64,000 nucleotides of DNA from Thermovirgaceae bacterium (lineage in GTDB: Bacteria > Synergistota > Synergistia > Synergistales > Thermovirgaceae): positions 96,001-160,000 of the forward strand of contig JAXGNU010000001.1 of NCBI GenBank assembly GCA_040767805.1, read 5' to 3'. Position numbers and translations under genes: made by a program. The notes beneath the pieces were generated by a model. The model worked only from the letters and a program-made list of their open reading frames with translations, searched no databases and was not told the DNA's origin. Of the stretch, positions 41,050 to 50,842 are shown one piece after another (positions within the stretch are counted from its first letter, which is position 1; each line of letters starts with the position of its first letter).

Positions 41050-41679
41050 TCACTCCTTTCTTTCCAAAGAATTATTGGTGCGACCTACATCAACCCTCGA
41101 CTCTATCGAGGCGTGCAGGGTGACCCTGTCGGCGTAGCCGATGGTCCCCCCGAGGGGCAACCCGAAGGCGAGCCTGGTGATCCTTGGCTCCATTGACTTC
41201 AGCGAGTTAAGGACGGCGTAAAAGGTCAGGTCCCCCTCGACGCTCGGGTTCGTCGCGATGATTACCTCCCTGAAACCTCCTTCCCGTACATATTCTCTCA
41301 ACCTTGCCACCCTCTCCGGCGGAAGGTCCTCCCCATCCATGGGGGAGACCCTGCCCCCGAGGATGAAGTAAAGTCCTGAAAAGACCCCGGCCTGTTCAAG
41401 GGAGAGCATATCCTCGACGTTCTCCAGGACGCACAGGATGCCCCTGTCCCGCAAGGGATCGGAACATACGGGGCAGGGATCCTCGGTGGTCAGGTTGCCG
41501 CAGATAGAGCAGGAAAAGGTGCTCTCCCGCACGAGGGAAATGGTAGAGGCCAGTTCATCGGAGAATTCGCCCGGTTGCTGGAGAAGGAAAAGGGCGAACC
41601 TCCTGGCGGTCTTGTCGCCCACCCCGGGGAAGCGGGAAAAAAGCTTCATCAACCTTTCAACGGGTTCGGAAATGGACAA
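41050..41679 (-). CDS. recR: Recombination protein RecR
   Basis: PGVGDKTARR, CSICGN...CPVC and EVIIATNPSVEGD motifs. TTG at 41679 has an AGGAGG RBS. Confidence 0.96.
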   Translation of the reverse strand: MSISEPVERLMKLFSRFPGVGDKTARRFALFLLQQPGEFSDELASTISLVRESTFSCSICGNLTTEDPCPVCSDPLRDRGILCVLENVEDMLSLEQAGVFSGLYFILGGRVSPMDGEDLPPERVARLREYVREGGFREVIIATNPSVEGDLTFYAVLNSLKSMEPRITRLAFGLPLGGTIGYADRVTLHASIESRVDVGRTNNSLERKE

Positions 41680-41689
41680 GACCGGCCTC

Positions 41690-41998
41690 CTAGCCCAGCC
41701 CGGGTATTCCAAGGCCGGCCCCAAACCTGCCGAGCCTCGACTGGGCCAGTTCCTTGCTTTTCCGGGAAGCGTCGTTGATGGCCGCTACGAGAAGGTCCTC
41801 CAGCATCTCCTTTTCTTCAGGGTCGATTACCTCCCGTTCGATGGAGATGCCGACGATCTCGCCCTGGCCGGTGGCCGCGACCTTGACCATGCCGCCTCCC
41901 GCCACGCCCTCGACCCTTTCCCGGGCCAGCCCCTCCTGGATCTTGCCGATCTCCGCCTGGAGCTTCTGCGCCTGCTTGAGCATCTGTTCCATGTTCAT
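41690..41998 (-). CDS. ybaB: YbaB/EbfC nucleoid-associated protein
   Basis: MLKQAQKLQ, AGGGMVKV and EMLEDLLVAAINDA motifs. Confidence 0.95.
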   Translation of the reverse strand: MNMEQMLKQAQKLQAEIGKIQEGLARERVEGVAGGGMVKVAATGQGEIVGISIEREVIDPEEKEMLEDLLVAAINDASRKSKELAQSRLGRFGAGLGIPGLG

Positions 41999-42110
41999 CG
42001 TTTTGAAATCATCCTTCCGTCGAAAAAACAATCCGCTATCGTTTGATGTTACTCCTCAACGACGTTTTTACAAAGGACCTTAAGGTTTTTATTCCTGGTT
42101 TGAGGGGGGG

Positions 42111-42806
42111 TCAATCCCGGCCGGGCCTTCCGCGCCGCCCGGCCGAGAGGAAAGCGCCCCGGGGGCTTATCCTTTTCCTGTTCCTGTTCCTGAGCATCCT
42201 CTTGACGGCATGGGCCTCGTCCCTTTCCCTTTCAGCGAGGGCCAGCCTTATCCGCCTTTCCTGTGCTTCCAGCGCGGGGAGCATCTCCTGCTCAAGGTTG
42301 TTCACCTTCCGCCTGGTCTTCTCGAACTCCAGTTCCAGCGCGTCCAGCTTGGACTTGAGGTTGATATAACGCCACAGTAGGGGTTCAATCCTTACGAGGG
42401 TCTCGAGGAGCTCGTCGACGTGCAGGGAGGCCAGGGCGGGGTCCATCAGCAGCCCGCCCAAAAGCCGACCCCTATCCTTGTCCTCGGGATGGAACTGGGA
42501 GTACCTGCACCCCATGAGGGTATGCCTGACGATCCTCACCTTCCTGGGTTCGACACCCCACAAGAGCAAGGTCTTCACCGATTCGCCCTCGAAAAGGCGG
42601 ACCAGTGCGTAGGCGTAGGAAACGAAGGCCAGCATGCCCTCCACTTCCTTCATCAAGGCCCTGAAGGCGGACCGGTCGCCTTCGATCTCCTTGAAGAGGG
42701 CTTCCTTCTTTCTCTCCAGGAGGGAGCAGCCGAAGCGCATATTCCCTATCTGCCTAGATATCTCGATCATCTCGCTCCTGGAGACAGGGGCATCGTTACC
42801 GGTCAA
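42111..42806 (-). CDS. V/A-type ATPase subunit D
   Basis: LLERKKEAL, EKTRRKVNNLE and LAERERDE motifs. Last gene of the operon. Confidence 0.9.
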   Translation of the reverse strand: MTGNDAPVSRSEMIEISRQIGNMRFGCSLLERKKEALFKEIEGDRSAFRALMKEVEGMLAFVSYAYALVRLFEGESVKTLLLWGVEPRKVRIVRHTLMGCRYSQFHPEDKDRGRLLGGLLMDPALASLHVDELLETLVRIEPLLWRYINLKSKLDALELEFEKTRRKVNNLEQEMLPALEAQERRIRLALAERERDEAHAVKRMLRNRNRKRISPRGAFLSAGRRGRPGRD

Positions 42807-44181
42807 GCCGGACCCTCCTTATCTCCTCCATGAGGTCGGTGGGGACCCTGTAAAGTTCCTCGTCGGGGAGGGTGGATAGCGCCCTCGCCGCCGCCGCCAG
42901 GGACTCCCCTATGGAGAGGGCGCTGTCCCCCTGGTCCAGGAAGAGCCTTTCAAAGTCCGAACCGAACCGGAGGTAATGCAGCTCGGTCTCCGTCAGGCCT
43001 TCATCCCCGACGATCAGCCTCAGCCTGGAGACCTCCCTGGACCTCGCGTAAGAGGAAAAAAGCTGGTCCGCGACCTGGCGATGACCGGTGAAAGTCCTTC
43101 CCTCGCCGATGCCTTTGTTCATGAGCCTGCTGAGGCTTGAGAGCACGTTGATCGGCGGGTAGACCCCCCTGGCCTGCAGACCCCTGTCGAGTACTATCTG
43201 TCCCTCCGTTATGTAGCCCGAGAGGTCCACCACGGGATGGGTCATATCATCGCCGGGCATGGATACTATGGGGATCTGGGTTATGCTGCCCTTGAGCCCC
43301 TTTACGCAGCCCGCCCTTTCATAAAGGCTTGCGAGGTCTGAGTAGAGGTAGCCGGGGAATCCCCTTCTGCCGGGGGCTTCCTCCCTCGCGGCGCTCACCT
43401 CCCTGAGGGCTTCGCAGTAATGGAGCATGTCGGTCATGACCACGAGAACGTCGTACCCGCGATCAAAGGCGAAGTACTCCGCTATAGTCAGGGCGGTACG
43501 GGGCGCCAGGAGACGTTCCACGGCGGAATCGCTTGCCAGGTTGACCACGAAAACACCGTTGAAAAGGGCTCCCGACTCCTCGAAGGAATCCCTGAAAAAA
43601 CGGGCCTCCCTTTCGGTTATCCCGATGGCGGCGAAGACGACCAGGAAACGTTCCGGGTTTCCGGGGACATGGGCCTGCCTGACCACCTGGGCCGCGATCT
43701 CGTTGGCGGGAAGCCCCGACCCTGAAAAAATGGGCAGTTTTTGCCCTCTCACGATCGTGTTGAGAAGGTCTATCGAGGCGATGCCGGTCTCGACGAAGTC
43801 GCTGGGGCCGGCCCTCATGGCCGGGTTGAGGGGAGAACCCGTTATGGGGGCCTCCTTCTCGAAGCAAGGGAGGGCTTTCCCACCCCTAGGGATGCCCCTG
43901 CCGTCGAGGGTCTGGCCCATCAGGACCTGACCCAGGCGCACCTTGACCACGTCCTTTTCGAACCATACGGTGCAGTCGCCGGGGTTGAGCCCTAAAGTCC
44001 CCTCGAAGACCTGGACGGCGCAGATATCGCCGTCGATCTGCAGCACCTGCCCGGTCCGTTTCCCCCGGCTGGTCTCGATGGTGACCAGTTCACCCAGGGC
44101 CGCCTTCCTCGCGTTGGAGACGAAGAGCAAGGGGCCCGTTATTCCGCTGATGGACCTGGTGCCTTCCCTGTAAAGGCCCAT
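42796..44181 (-). CDS. V/A-type ATPase subunit B
   Basis: RGQKLPIFSGSG, EALREVSAAREEAPGRRG and GYITEGQI motifs. Confidence 0.97.
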   Translation of the reverse strand: MGLYREGTRSISGITGPLLFVSNARKAALGELVTIETSRGKRTGQVLQIDGDICAVQVFEGTLGLNPGDCTVWFEKDVVKVRLGQVLMGQTLDGRGIPRGGKALPCFEKEAPITGSPLNPAMRAGPSDFVETGIASIDLLNTIVRGQKLPIFSGSGLPANEIAAQVVRQAHVPGNPERFLVVFAAIGITEREARFFRDSFEESGALFNGVFVVNLASDSAVERLLAPRTALTIAEYFAFDRGYDVLVVMTDMLHYCEALREVSAAREEAPGRRGFPGYLYSDLASLYERAGCVKGLKGSITQIPIVSMPGDDMTHPVVDLSGYITEGQIVLDRGLQARGVYPPINVLSSLSRLMNKGIGEGRTFTGHRQVADQLFSSYARSREVSRLRLIVGDEGLTETELHYLRFGSDFERLFLDQGDSALSIGESLAAAARALSTLPDEELYRVPTDLMEEIRRVRLDR

Positions 44182-45947
44182 TAGGGTTCCTCCGAAAGGG
44201 CCAACGATCGGGCCACCTCTTCAAGCCAGGGAAGAGATCTCTTTTTAAAGTCCTCAGCAGGCGCCCCCCTCAGCGCGAGGACCTGTCGTAACAGGCCCAG
44301 CCCCTGGACTTGCTGGTGCAGGACGCCCTTTTCGATCTCTTCCTTCACCAGGCGCTGGAGATCCTTCAGGGACTCGCCCAAACTCAGCTGTTGTTCCAGC
44401 GTGTTGAAAGCGTCATGGGGGTCGTAGGCGTTCTGTTGAAGGAAGGCGACCCTCACGATCTCCCCCATCTCCAGGTCCCACTTGTCCTGTTCCGAAAGGG
44501 CATCCCTCCCCACTATCTGCACCAGGGAGAGGAGTTCCGTCTCGCGGTCCAGGAGTTCCTTGAGAAAGGACGCGCAGTCCTTCCATCGCTCGCCGTAATT
44601 TTCGAGAAAAAAGGGTTCCAGGGCCTTTTCATAGAGGGAATAGCTCTGTTTCCAATTGACCGAGGGGAAATGCCGGCCTTCGGCAAGCCTCTTGTCGAGG
44701 GCCCAGAAGGCCCCCGATAACCTCAGGCTGGCCTGGGTGACGGGCTCCGAGAAATCCCCGCCACCGGGGGAAACGGCGTTGAAGATCGTGATCGACCCTT
44801 TACGCTGGGGTTCGCCAAGGGCCCTCACCCTCCCGGCCCTCTCGTAGTATTGCGCGAGCCTGGACCCAAGGTAGGCGGGATAGCCTTCCTCGCCGGGCAT
44901 CTCCCCCAGTCGGCCGGAGATCTCCCTCAGGGCCTCGGCCCAACGAGAGGTGGAATCGGCCATCAGGGCCACGTCGAGCCCCATATCACGGAAATACTCA
45001 GCGATGCTCATCCCAAGATAGATACTGGCCTCCCTCGCGGCGACAGGCATGTTGGAGGTATTGGCGATGAGGACCATCCTCTCCATGAGGGACCTCCCCG
45101 TATGAGGGTCGTTCAGGTGGGGGAACTCCTCGAGGACCTCCGTCATTTCGTTGCCCCTCTCGCCGCAGCCTATGTAGACGACCACCCCGGCATTGCACCA
45201 CTTGGCCAGGGACTGCTGGGTGACGGTCTTGCCGGTGCCGAACCCCCCGGGTATGACGGCGGCTCCGCCGAGGGCGACGGGGAAGAGGGTGTCCAGCACC
45301 CTCTGCCCGGTTATGAGCGGTTCCGAGAAGGGGAGTCTCTCCGCGCAGGGTCGGGGTGTCCTCACGTACCAGCGTTGACGGGGGGTTATCGTCCGACCGT
45401 TTTCGAGGACGCCGACGGCATCATCGACGGTGACCCAGGTCCCGGGGGAAGCGATCTCCCTGATCCTTGAAGCCTCTGACCCGAGAGGGGCCATCACCAG
45501 GTGTTTGAAGTTCTCCCCCTCCTCTACGAAGCCCAAAGCATCCCCGGGCGAAAGGGTGTCGCCCGGTGCCTTCAGGGGGGAGAAAGCCCACTTGGTTTCC
45601 GGGTCCAGGCTCCTGGAGAAAAAACCCCTTTTGAGGAAAAAAGCCCCGGCCTCTTCGGGGGGAAGACCCCCCAGCGGCCTGCCGATGCCGTCGAGAACGC
45701 TTCCAAGGAGCCCCGGCCCCAGGTCGACGCCCAGCGGTTCCCCGGTGAACTCTACCGGTTCGCCGACGTGGACGCCGTCGATCTCCTCGTAGACCTGGAT
45801 GTCCACTTCCTTTCCGTCGATCCTTATCACTTCCCCCAGGAGACGCTCCGACCCCACCCTGGCGACCTCGAAGTTGGACACCGGCGCGGCCGTATCAGCC
45901 CTTATGACCGTCCCCGCGAGGCATTTGATCTTCCCCAGGTTGGACAT
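44181..45947 (-). CDS. V/A-type ATPase subunit A
   Basis: PGGFGTGKT, GCGERGNE, NTSNMPVAAREAS and EMPGEEGYPAYL motifs. Start is ATG at 45947 or GTG at 45956. Confidence 0.97.
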   Translation of the reverse strand: MSNLGKIKCLAGTVIRADTAAPVSNFEVARVGSERLLGEVIRIDGKEVDIQVYEEIDGVHVGEPVEFTGEPLGVDLGPGLLGSVLDGIGRPLGGLPPEEAGAFFLKRGFFSRSLDPETKWAFSPLKAPGDTLSPGDALGFVEEGENFKHLVMAPLGSEASRIREIASPGTWVTVDDAVGVLENGRTITPRQRWYVRTPRPCAERLPFSEPLITGQRVLDTLFPVALGGAAVIPGGFGTGKTVTQQSLAKWCNAGVVVYIGCGERGNEMTEVLEEFPHLNDPHTGRSLMERMVLIANTSNMPVAAREASIYLGMSIAEYFRDMGLDVALMADSTSRWAEALREISGRLGEMPGEEGYPAYLGSRLAQYYERAGRVRALGEPQRKGSITIFNAVSPGGGDFSEPVTQASLRLSGAFWALDKRLAEGRHFPSVNWKQSYSLYEKALEPFFLENYGERWKDCASFLKELLDRETELLSLVQIVGRDALSEQDKWDLEMGEIVRVAFLQQNAYDPHDAFNTLEQQLSLGESLKDLQRLVKEEIEKGVLHQQVQGLGLLRQVLALRGAPAEDFKKRSLPWLEEVARSLALSEEP

Positions 45948-45952
45948 GCCGC

Positions 45953-46228
45953 TCACTCCCGACCTTTTAGGCTGCCCTTCAGGGAGGGCATTTCCACCCA
46001 GACAGGGTCCGAGATCTTCGCTTTCCTCTTGTAGAACTCCGGGATGCTCTCCGCCCAGTCCGACTCGACCAGGACAAAGGCCACCTCTTCACCCTGGAGT
46101 GCCTGGAAGCACGCGGGGAAATCCTCCGGCCCCTCGCAGACCACTGCCACGAGCCCGAGGAGGGACCAGAGTTCTACGAAGGGCTGCCTGCCGAGAACGT
46201 ACCCGTTGCCGCAATGATGCGCCGCCAC
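45953..46228 (-). CDS. V/A-type ATPase subunit F (divergent)
   Basis: Size and position between C and A, with WSLLGL and VWVEMPS motifs. Confidence 0.72.
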   Translation of the reverse strand: MAAHHCGNGYVLGRQPFVELWSLLGLVAVVCEGPEDFPACFQALQGEEVAFVLVESDWAESIPEFYKRKAKISDPVWVEMPSLKGSLKGRE

Positions 46229-46234
46229 CGACGG

Positions 46235-47287
46235 TCACCCCGCAAGGATCAGTTTATCCAAGATGGCGTCTCCTTCGAATCCCATGGACACCCCCACCAC
46301 CAGCGAGTCCAGGTTCAGCCATTCCACCAACTGGTGAGCGATGAAAGCTATCGCCACCTCGATACCCAGGGGGTCCTTTCTTCTCAGGGAGATCTGCCAC
46401 CGCCAGAACTCCCTCATGGCCCCTCCCGGGGCCAGCGCCGGGGGGCCATCCCCGGAACGGTCCAGGATACTCTCCCAGGGCGTTGAGCCGAGCAGCCCGG
46501 CAGGCTCGGGGGATCCTTTAAGTCGCTCCGGGGACAGGGAAAACCCCCCGTCCAGGTACAGCTCGGCGGCCTTTTCCTTCTGCATGACACCGGCGAAAAC
46601 CCTGGACCAGATATTCAGGTTCCAGACATCGATGGTCCTGGCGAGGTATTCCTTCACCAGGGCCGAATTCTTCGTCCTGTGGCTGTCCAGCACCTTCTCC
46701 TGGCATTCCAGCATGCCCGACAGGAGGGCCCTTTCGCTCGCCGGGAGGCTTGATCCCTTCGCCACCTGTTCGAGCCCCCTGGCGAGGGCCCTCGCCAGGG
46801 GATGGTCGAAGGCGAGGCACCTGTCGATCCCGTGGGCGATGGACGGGCTCTTCCATAACTGGGCGAGGAAGCGGACCGGGAGGGTACCGTAAGCGTGCCA
46901 CCGGGGCTGCATCTCGTAGGGGATGCCGATGAAGAAGTACCGGACCAGGAGGCGCCCGTTCTGAAGGTCAGCCCTGGAAAGGATCACGCCTATAAGGTCC
47001 TCGGGCTCCCCCATGGCCATGCTCCTGGTGTGGCTCAAGACCATCGCCGAGGTGTCCGCGAGGGCCATCTCTATCTTTCTGTGGGTGGACAGGGATTGTT
47101 GGATCAGGCTCCGCCTGAAACTCCTGCCGTACCTTGTATCCAAAAGGAAGACCTCGATGTCCTCGAGGCTCCGTGAGGCCAACCTTCGGTAATCCTCTCG
47201 GGCCAGGAAGTCCCCGAAGCGGGCACGGAGCCTGGCGTTAAGGTAACCGAAATTCTCCGGAAAACCTTTCGAACTCTTCAAGAACAT
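46235..47287 (-). CDS. V/A-type ATPase subunit C (d)
   Basis: FGYLNARLRAR, LLDTRYG and IDVWNL motifs, operon position. Confidence 0.85.
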   Translation of the reverse strand: MFLKSSKGFPENFGYLNARLRARFGDFLAREDYRRLASRSLEDIEVFLLDTRYGRSFRRSLIQQSLSTHRKIEMALADTSAMVLSHTRSMAMGEPEDLIGVILSRADLQNGRLLVRYFFIGIPYEMQPRWHAYGTLPVRFLAQLWKSPSIAHGIDRCLAFDHPLARALARGLEQVAKGSSLPASERALLSGMLECQEKVLDSHRTKNSALVKEYLARTIDVWNLNIWSRVFAGVMQKEKAAELYLDGGFSLSPERLKGSPEPAGLLGSTPWESILDRSGDGPPALAPGGAMREFWRWQISLRRKDPLGIEVAIAFIAHQLVEWLNLDSLVVGVSMGFEGDAILDKLILAG

Positions 47288-47864
47288 GTCGGTAGCGCTC
47301 CGAAAGGCCGCGAAGGAGCTCCTTCTGGTATAGGTCCCACCTGGTCTTTATCGTGTTGTCGACATACAGGGTACGGGTCAGGGCATCCATCGCCAGGCAC
47401 CCTCCCCAGGGCGTAACGGACTCGCTCTCCTCCACTGTCCTTATCCTTTCATCCCCGGGCACCAGGCCCCCCTCGCCGGGGAGGACTACGATCACGGCTT
47501 CGGCCTCCAGGGCTTCAAGGGCCTCCCCGACAAGGCGGGAAAGGATACCCGCGTAAGCTCCCCGGTCGCCGCGGATAGCCTCAACCTGGAGCCCGACCTT
47601 CTCCGTGGTCTTCTCCAGGATGGAGGAGATCTTGCCCAGCGCCTCTTCCCTCACCTTGAGCAGGGTTCGCCTCTTCTCCCTTTCCAGGAGGAGGTCGAAC
47701 CGTTTCTTGTGCCCTGCCCTTATGTCATGGACCTTTCGTTCGGTCTCCCTTCTGGCCACGAAGATCCTGTCGGATATGAAGTTTTCCGATTCGTCGCGGA
47801 GCGCCGCCGACTTTTTGGAGAACTCCCCCTCCAGCGCTCTTTTGAATTCAGCGATCCCCGTCAC
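47238..47864 (-). CDS. V/A-type ATPase subunit E
   Basis: N-terminal coiled coil and WGGCLA...YVDNT motif. Confidence 0.8.
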   Translation of the reverse strand: MTGIAEFKRALEGEFSKKSAALRDESENFISDRIFVARRETERKVHDIRAGHKKRFDLLLEREKRRTLLKVREEALGKISSILEKTTEKVGLQVEAIRGDRGAYAGILSRLVGEALEALEAEAVIVVLPGEGGLVPGDERIRTVEESESVTPWGGCLAMDALTRTLYVDNTIKTRWDLYQKELLRGLSERYRHVLEEFERFSGEFRLP

Positions 47865-47914
47865 AGCGGTTTGCGCCCCCTCGGTACCATCGGGGTTCCC
47901 AGGTCACGGAGGAC

Positions 47915-48133
47915 TCAGGCGAACTGGAGGATCAGCATGACGGCCACGACAAAACCCAGTATCACCATCGTCTCGGGAAGGGCTTCGAGTATGATGATAA
48001 TTCCGCTCGTCTCGGGCTTCTCGGCGATAGTCCCGGCGCCGACGCTGCCGATCCTCGCCTGGGCGTAAGCGGTGGCCATGGCGGGGATGGCCACGGCCAG
48101 GGCTGCCGCAAAAGCGATCAGTGCCTTTTCCAT
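47915..48133 (-). CDS. V/A-type ATPase proteolipid subunit K/c (single hairpin)
   Basis: AQARIG...AEKPE...LPETMVILG, 72 aa, two TM helices. Confidence 0.93.
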   Translation of the reverse strand: MEKALIAFAAALAVAIPAMATAYAQARIGSVGAGTIAEKPETSGIIIILEALPETMVILGFVVAVMLILQFA

Positions 48134-50025
48134 AATCCCGGCTCCCTCCTTGAAAAGGGTTTATACAAGGTCCCCCCCCCGGAATGGAACTTCCCGAGGA
48201 ATTCCACGTACTGGAGTCGTGCCGAATGCAGGCTTGAACCCGCGACGGCAAGGGCGAAGTTCAACAGGTGTATCGCCAGGGCCATGAATACCCCGAAAAA
48301 GGTGACCCCCAGGGAATCCACGAAGCTGTTGGCCACCATGGCCAGTATCGCGGAAGAGAGCCCGATGGCCGCGATACGGACGTAACTCAGGACATTCCCC
48401 ACCGAGCCGAGGGCTTCGACAAGGCCGCCCATGCCGCCACCGGCAAGGAGCAGGACAAGACCCACCACCAGCAGCGTAACGGGGACGGAGAACAGCCTTC
48501 CGGGCAGCCACCCCTTCACCTGCACCATGACCGAAAGCAGCGCCAGGAAAACGACCGTATTGCCCAGCCTTTCCAGCCAGAGGTGCCTTTGTCCCGTCCT
48601 CAACCCCTGGACGACCCCCATGAGGAAGCCCAGGAAGACGTGGGCAAAGCCCAGGCCTACGGTGAAGGCCATCACCGGCAGAACAACCTGGGATCTCTCA
48701 AGCCAGAGAGGCTCCAGGTGGAAAAAACGGTGCCCCAGGTCGCCGAAGATTTCCCCGTAAGCAGCCCCCCAGAAGATGGACCACGCGGCGAGGTAAAGAA
48801 GGATGCAGCCGACGTCCTTCATGATGGGTCGGCCTGCCTTCCGCCTGAACCAAAGCCCCAGGCTGCCGATGACCAGTCCGTAGCCCATGTCGCCCACCAT
48901 GCAGCCCCCGAAAAGGGGGAAAAACAACCCGATGAGCACGGTGGGGTCAAGGCCCTTGTAGGAAATGACGGGCATGAGCTTCAGGAATAGTTCGAAGGGC
49001 CGAAAATACCTGGGATTTTTCAGAGAGGTGGGCACTTCGGTCCACTCACCCGGCTGGGGCTCCCTCCAGCGGAGAAAGAGCCTCTCCCCGAACTCGGCCT
49101 TCAATCGCGCCGTCAGTTCGGCCTTCTCGTCGGCCGGGACCCACCCGGAAAGCCGGAAGACCTCCCCCCTGGTCTCGCTTCCGGACTCAACGAGGGCCTC
49201 CTCGACCTTTTCATCCAGGATCATGTAGAGAGCTCCCAACTTGGGCCCCCATTCCCTCCTGGCAGCCTGGAGGTTACGGTCGATCTCGTTTATTTCCCCG
49301 GGTATTTCTTCCAGGGCGGCCTCCATGAGCGGGAGGGCTTCACGAAAAGTCATGCCTTCGTAATCCCCCGGGAGCATCCAGGGGACGCATTGTTCCGAAA
49401 GGAATATCTTCCGGACCACCTCGCGGAATTCATGGGGGTAGGCCATCGCCAGGACCCGCTCCCCCCCGGTGGTGACCCGGAGGAGGTAGGGGACCCCCTC
49501 GCCCTTTTCCAGGGGGTTCTTTTCCTTCACTTTCTTCCGGATCCTTGCTACGGGTTCGGTAATACCGGCCTTCTGGGCCCACCAGAGTGAGACCTCAAGG
49601 CCGGACCTCGCGTTGTCCCGGATAAAAGTTTCAAAATGCGAGATGGTCCTTAGGGCTCCCTTTATTGAATTAAGTTTTATCTCCAGGTCGGCTTTCATCC
49701 TGGCCTTACCGGAGAGTCTCGCGCTGAAAGAGTCGAGGCTTTCCTCGACGGCCTCGATCATGGTCTCGTCCGAGGACGAGAGCAGCGCTCTTTCCTCCTC
49801 CAGGACTTCCCGGGGGATCGAACCCCATTCGCTCCAACCGAGGTTCTCGAGCAGCCCCAGGGTCTTGCCCCGGAGGATCTTCATCTTCGCCGCCGTTTCC
49901 GGCGACACGAACCCCATCGGCTCCTCGTGAAGGTGGACTACTCCCAGGTCGTGGAGCTTCCCGATGATCCGAGGCCTGTCGCCGACGAGACCCCAGAGTC
50001 CGAAAAAGAGCATGTCCCTTATCAA
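48118..50025 (-). CDS. V/A-type ATPase subunit I (a)
   Basis: LHDLGVVH, DPT...GDMGYG, VLSYVRIAAIGL and LHSARLQYVEF motifs. Confidence 0.95.
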   Translation of the reverse strand: MIRDMLFFGLWGLVGDRPRIIGKLHDLGVVHLHEEPMGFVSPETAAKMKILRGKTLGLLENLGWSEWGSIPREVLEEERALLSSSDETMIEAVEESLDSFSARLSGKARMKADLEIKLNSIKGALRTISHFETFIRDNARSGLEVSLWWAQKAGITEPVARIRKKVKEKNPLEKGEGVPYLLRVTTGGERVLAMAYPHEFREVVRKIFLSEQCVPWMLPGDYEGMTFREALPLMEAALEEIPGEINEIDRNLQAARREWGPKLGALYMILDEKVEEALVESGSETRGEVFRLSGWVPADEKAELTARLKAEFGERLFLRWREPQPGEWTEVPTSLKNPRYFRPFELFLKLMPVISYKGLDPTVLIGLFFPLFGGCMVGDMGYGLVIGSLGLWFRRKAGRPIMKDVGCILLYLAAWSIFWGAAYGEIFGDLGHRFFHLEPLWLERSQVVLPVMAFTVGLGFAHVFLGFLMGVVQGLRTGQRHLWLERLGNTVVFLALLSVMVQVKGWLPGRLFSVPVTLLVVGLVLLLAGGGMGGLVEALGSVGNVLSYVRIAAIGLSSAILAMVANSFVDSLGVTFFGVFMALAIHLLNFALAVAGSSLHSARLQYVEFLGKFHSGGGTLYKPFSRREPGLWKRH

Positions 50026-50384
50026 AAGGCCCGCCCTCCTCCCGGGCCCTTGAGGTCGGAGGGTAGGATAGCCCTTACGGCGGCCTCGACAAATTCTTCG
50101 GTCAACATCTTTTCCAGGACTTGATCAAGGAGGGAGGTCATTTGATTCCTGAGGTCCTCGGCGAAGGTACTGCTGGACGCAAGAAGCGCCTCTTCGTAAC
50201 GGTTCCATTCCTCTTCGGCCTCGACCAGGGACCGTTGTTCCAGTTCTTCTATCCTTCTCAACGCCCCTTCGCGCTCTTCCTCGAGGAGGGTCTTCTGCTC
50301 CTCCAGCCTGGCTTCCAGAGCCTTTCTGAAGGACTCGACCTCGGCATCGGGGTCTTCAAAGGCCTGGTGGTCACCTGGCTTCAT
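50022..50384 (-). CDS. Probable V/A-type ATPase peripheral stalk subunit G/H
   Basis: Glu-rich coiled coil of 120 aa directly upstream of subunit I with a TTGA overlap. Confidence 0.65.
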   Translation of the reverse strand: MKPGDHQAFEDPDAEVESFRKALEARLEEQKTLLEEEREGALRRIEELEQRSLVEAEEEWNRYEEALLASSSTFAEDLRNQMTSLLDQVLEKMLTEEFVEAAVRAILPSDLKGPGGGRAF

Positions 50385-50838
50385 TGAATTCCTTGCCTTC
50401 CATCATGAATTCGCAGAAACCGCCCCGCTCGATCACGCCGACCAGTTTGCGGCCCTCCACGACGGGGAGCCTCTTCAAACCCTTCCTGAGCATCAGGTCC
50501 ACGACGGTCATGAGGCTCTCCGTCGGCTTGACGAAGATGGGGTCGGGGTTCATCACGTCCTTGACCATCATGTCGCCAATCTGTTTCAGCCTTTCGAAAA
50601 GGTCGCCCTCGGAGTCGTCGAGGAAGGTGCTCTGGGCTAGCACTTCCAGGAAGGTGGGCGTCGCCCTTCGAAGGATGTCTCCCTCCGAGAGGTAGCCCTG
50701 GAGCACCCAGTCGTCCCTTACCACGGGAATGCCGGAAAGTCGCTGGCTGTAAAGCAGTCGCACAGCGTCAAGTACATGGTCTTCCTCCGATACGGATGAA
50801 AGGTCCCTGTGCATGAGCTGCTCGGCGTTGATCGTCAA
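50371..50838 (-). CDS. Standalone tandem CBS domain protein
   Basis: LMHR...SGIPVV...GYLSEGDIL and VKDVMN...KRLPVV...GVIER motifs. Confidence 0.92.
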   Translation of the reverse strand: MTINAEQLMHRDLSSVSEEDHVLDAVRLLYSQRLSGIPVVRDDWVLQGYLSEGDILRRATPTFLEVLAQSTFLDDSEGDLFERLKQIGDMMVKDVMNPDPIFVKPTESLMTVVDLMLRKGLKRLPVVEGRKLVGVIERGGFCEFMMEGKEFNEAR

Positions 50839-50842
50839 AACA

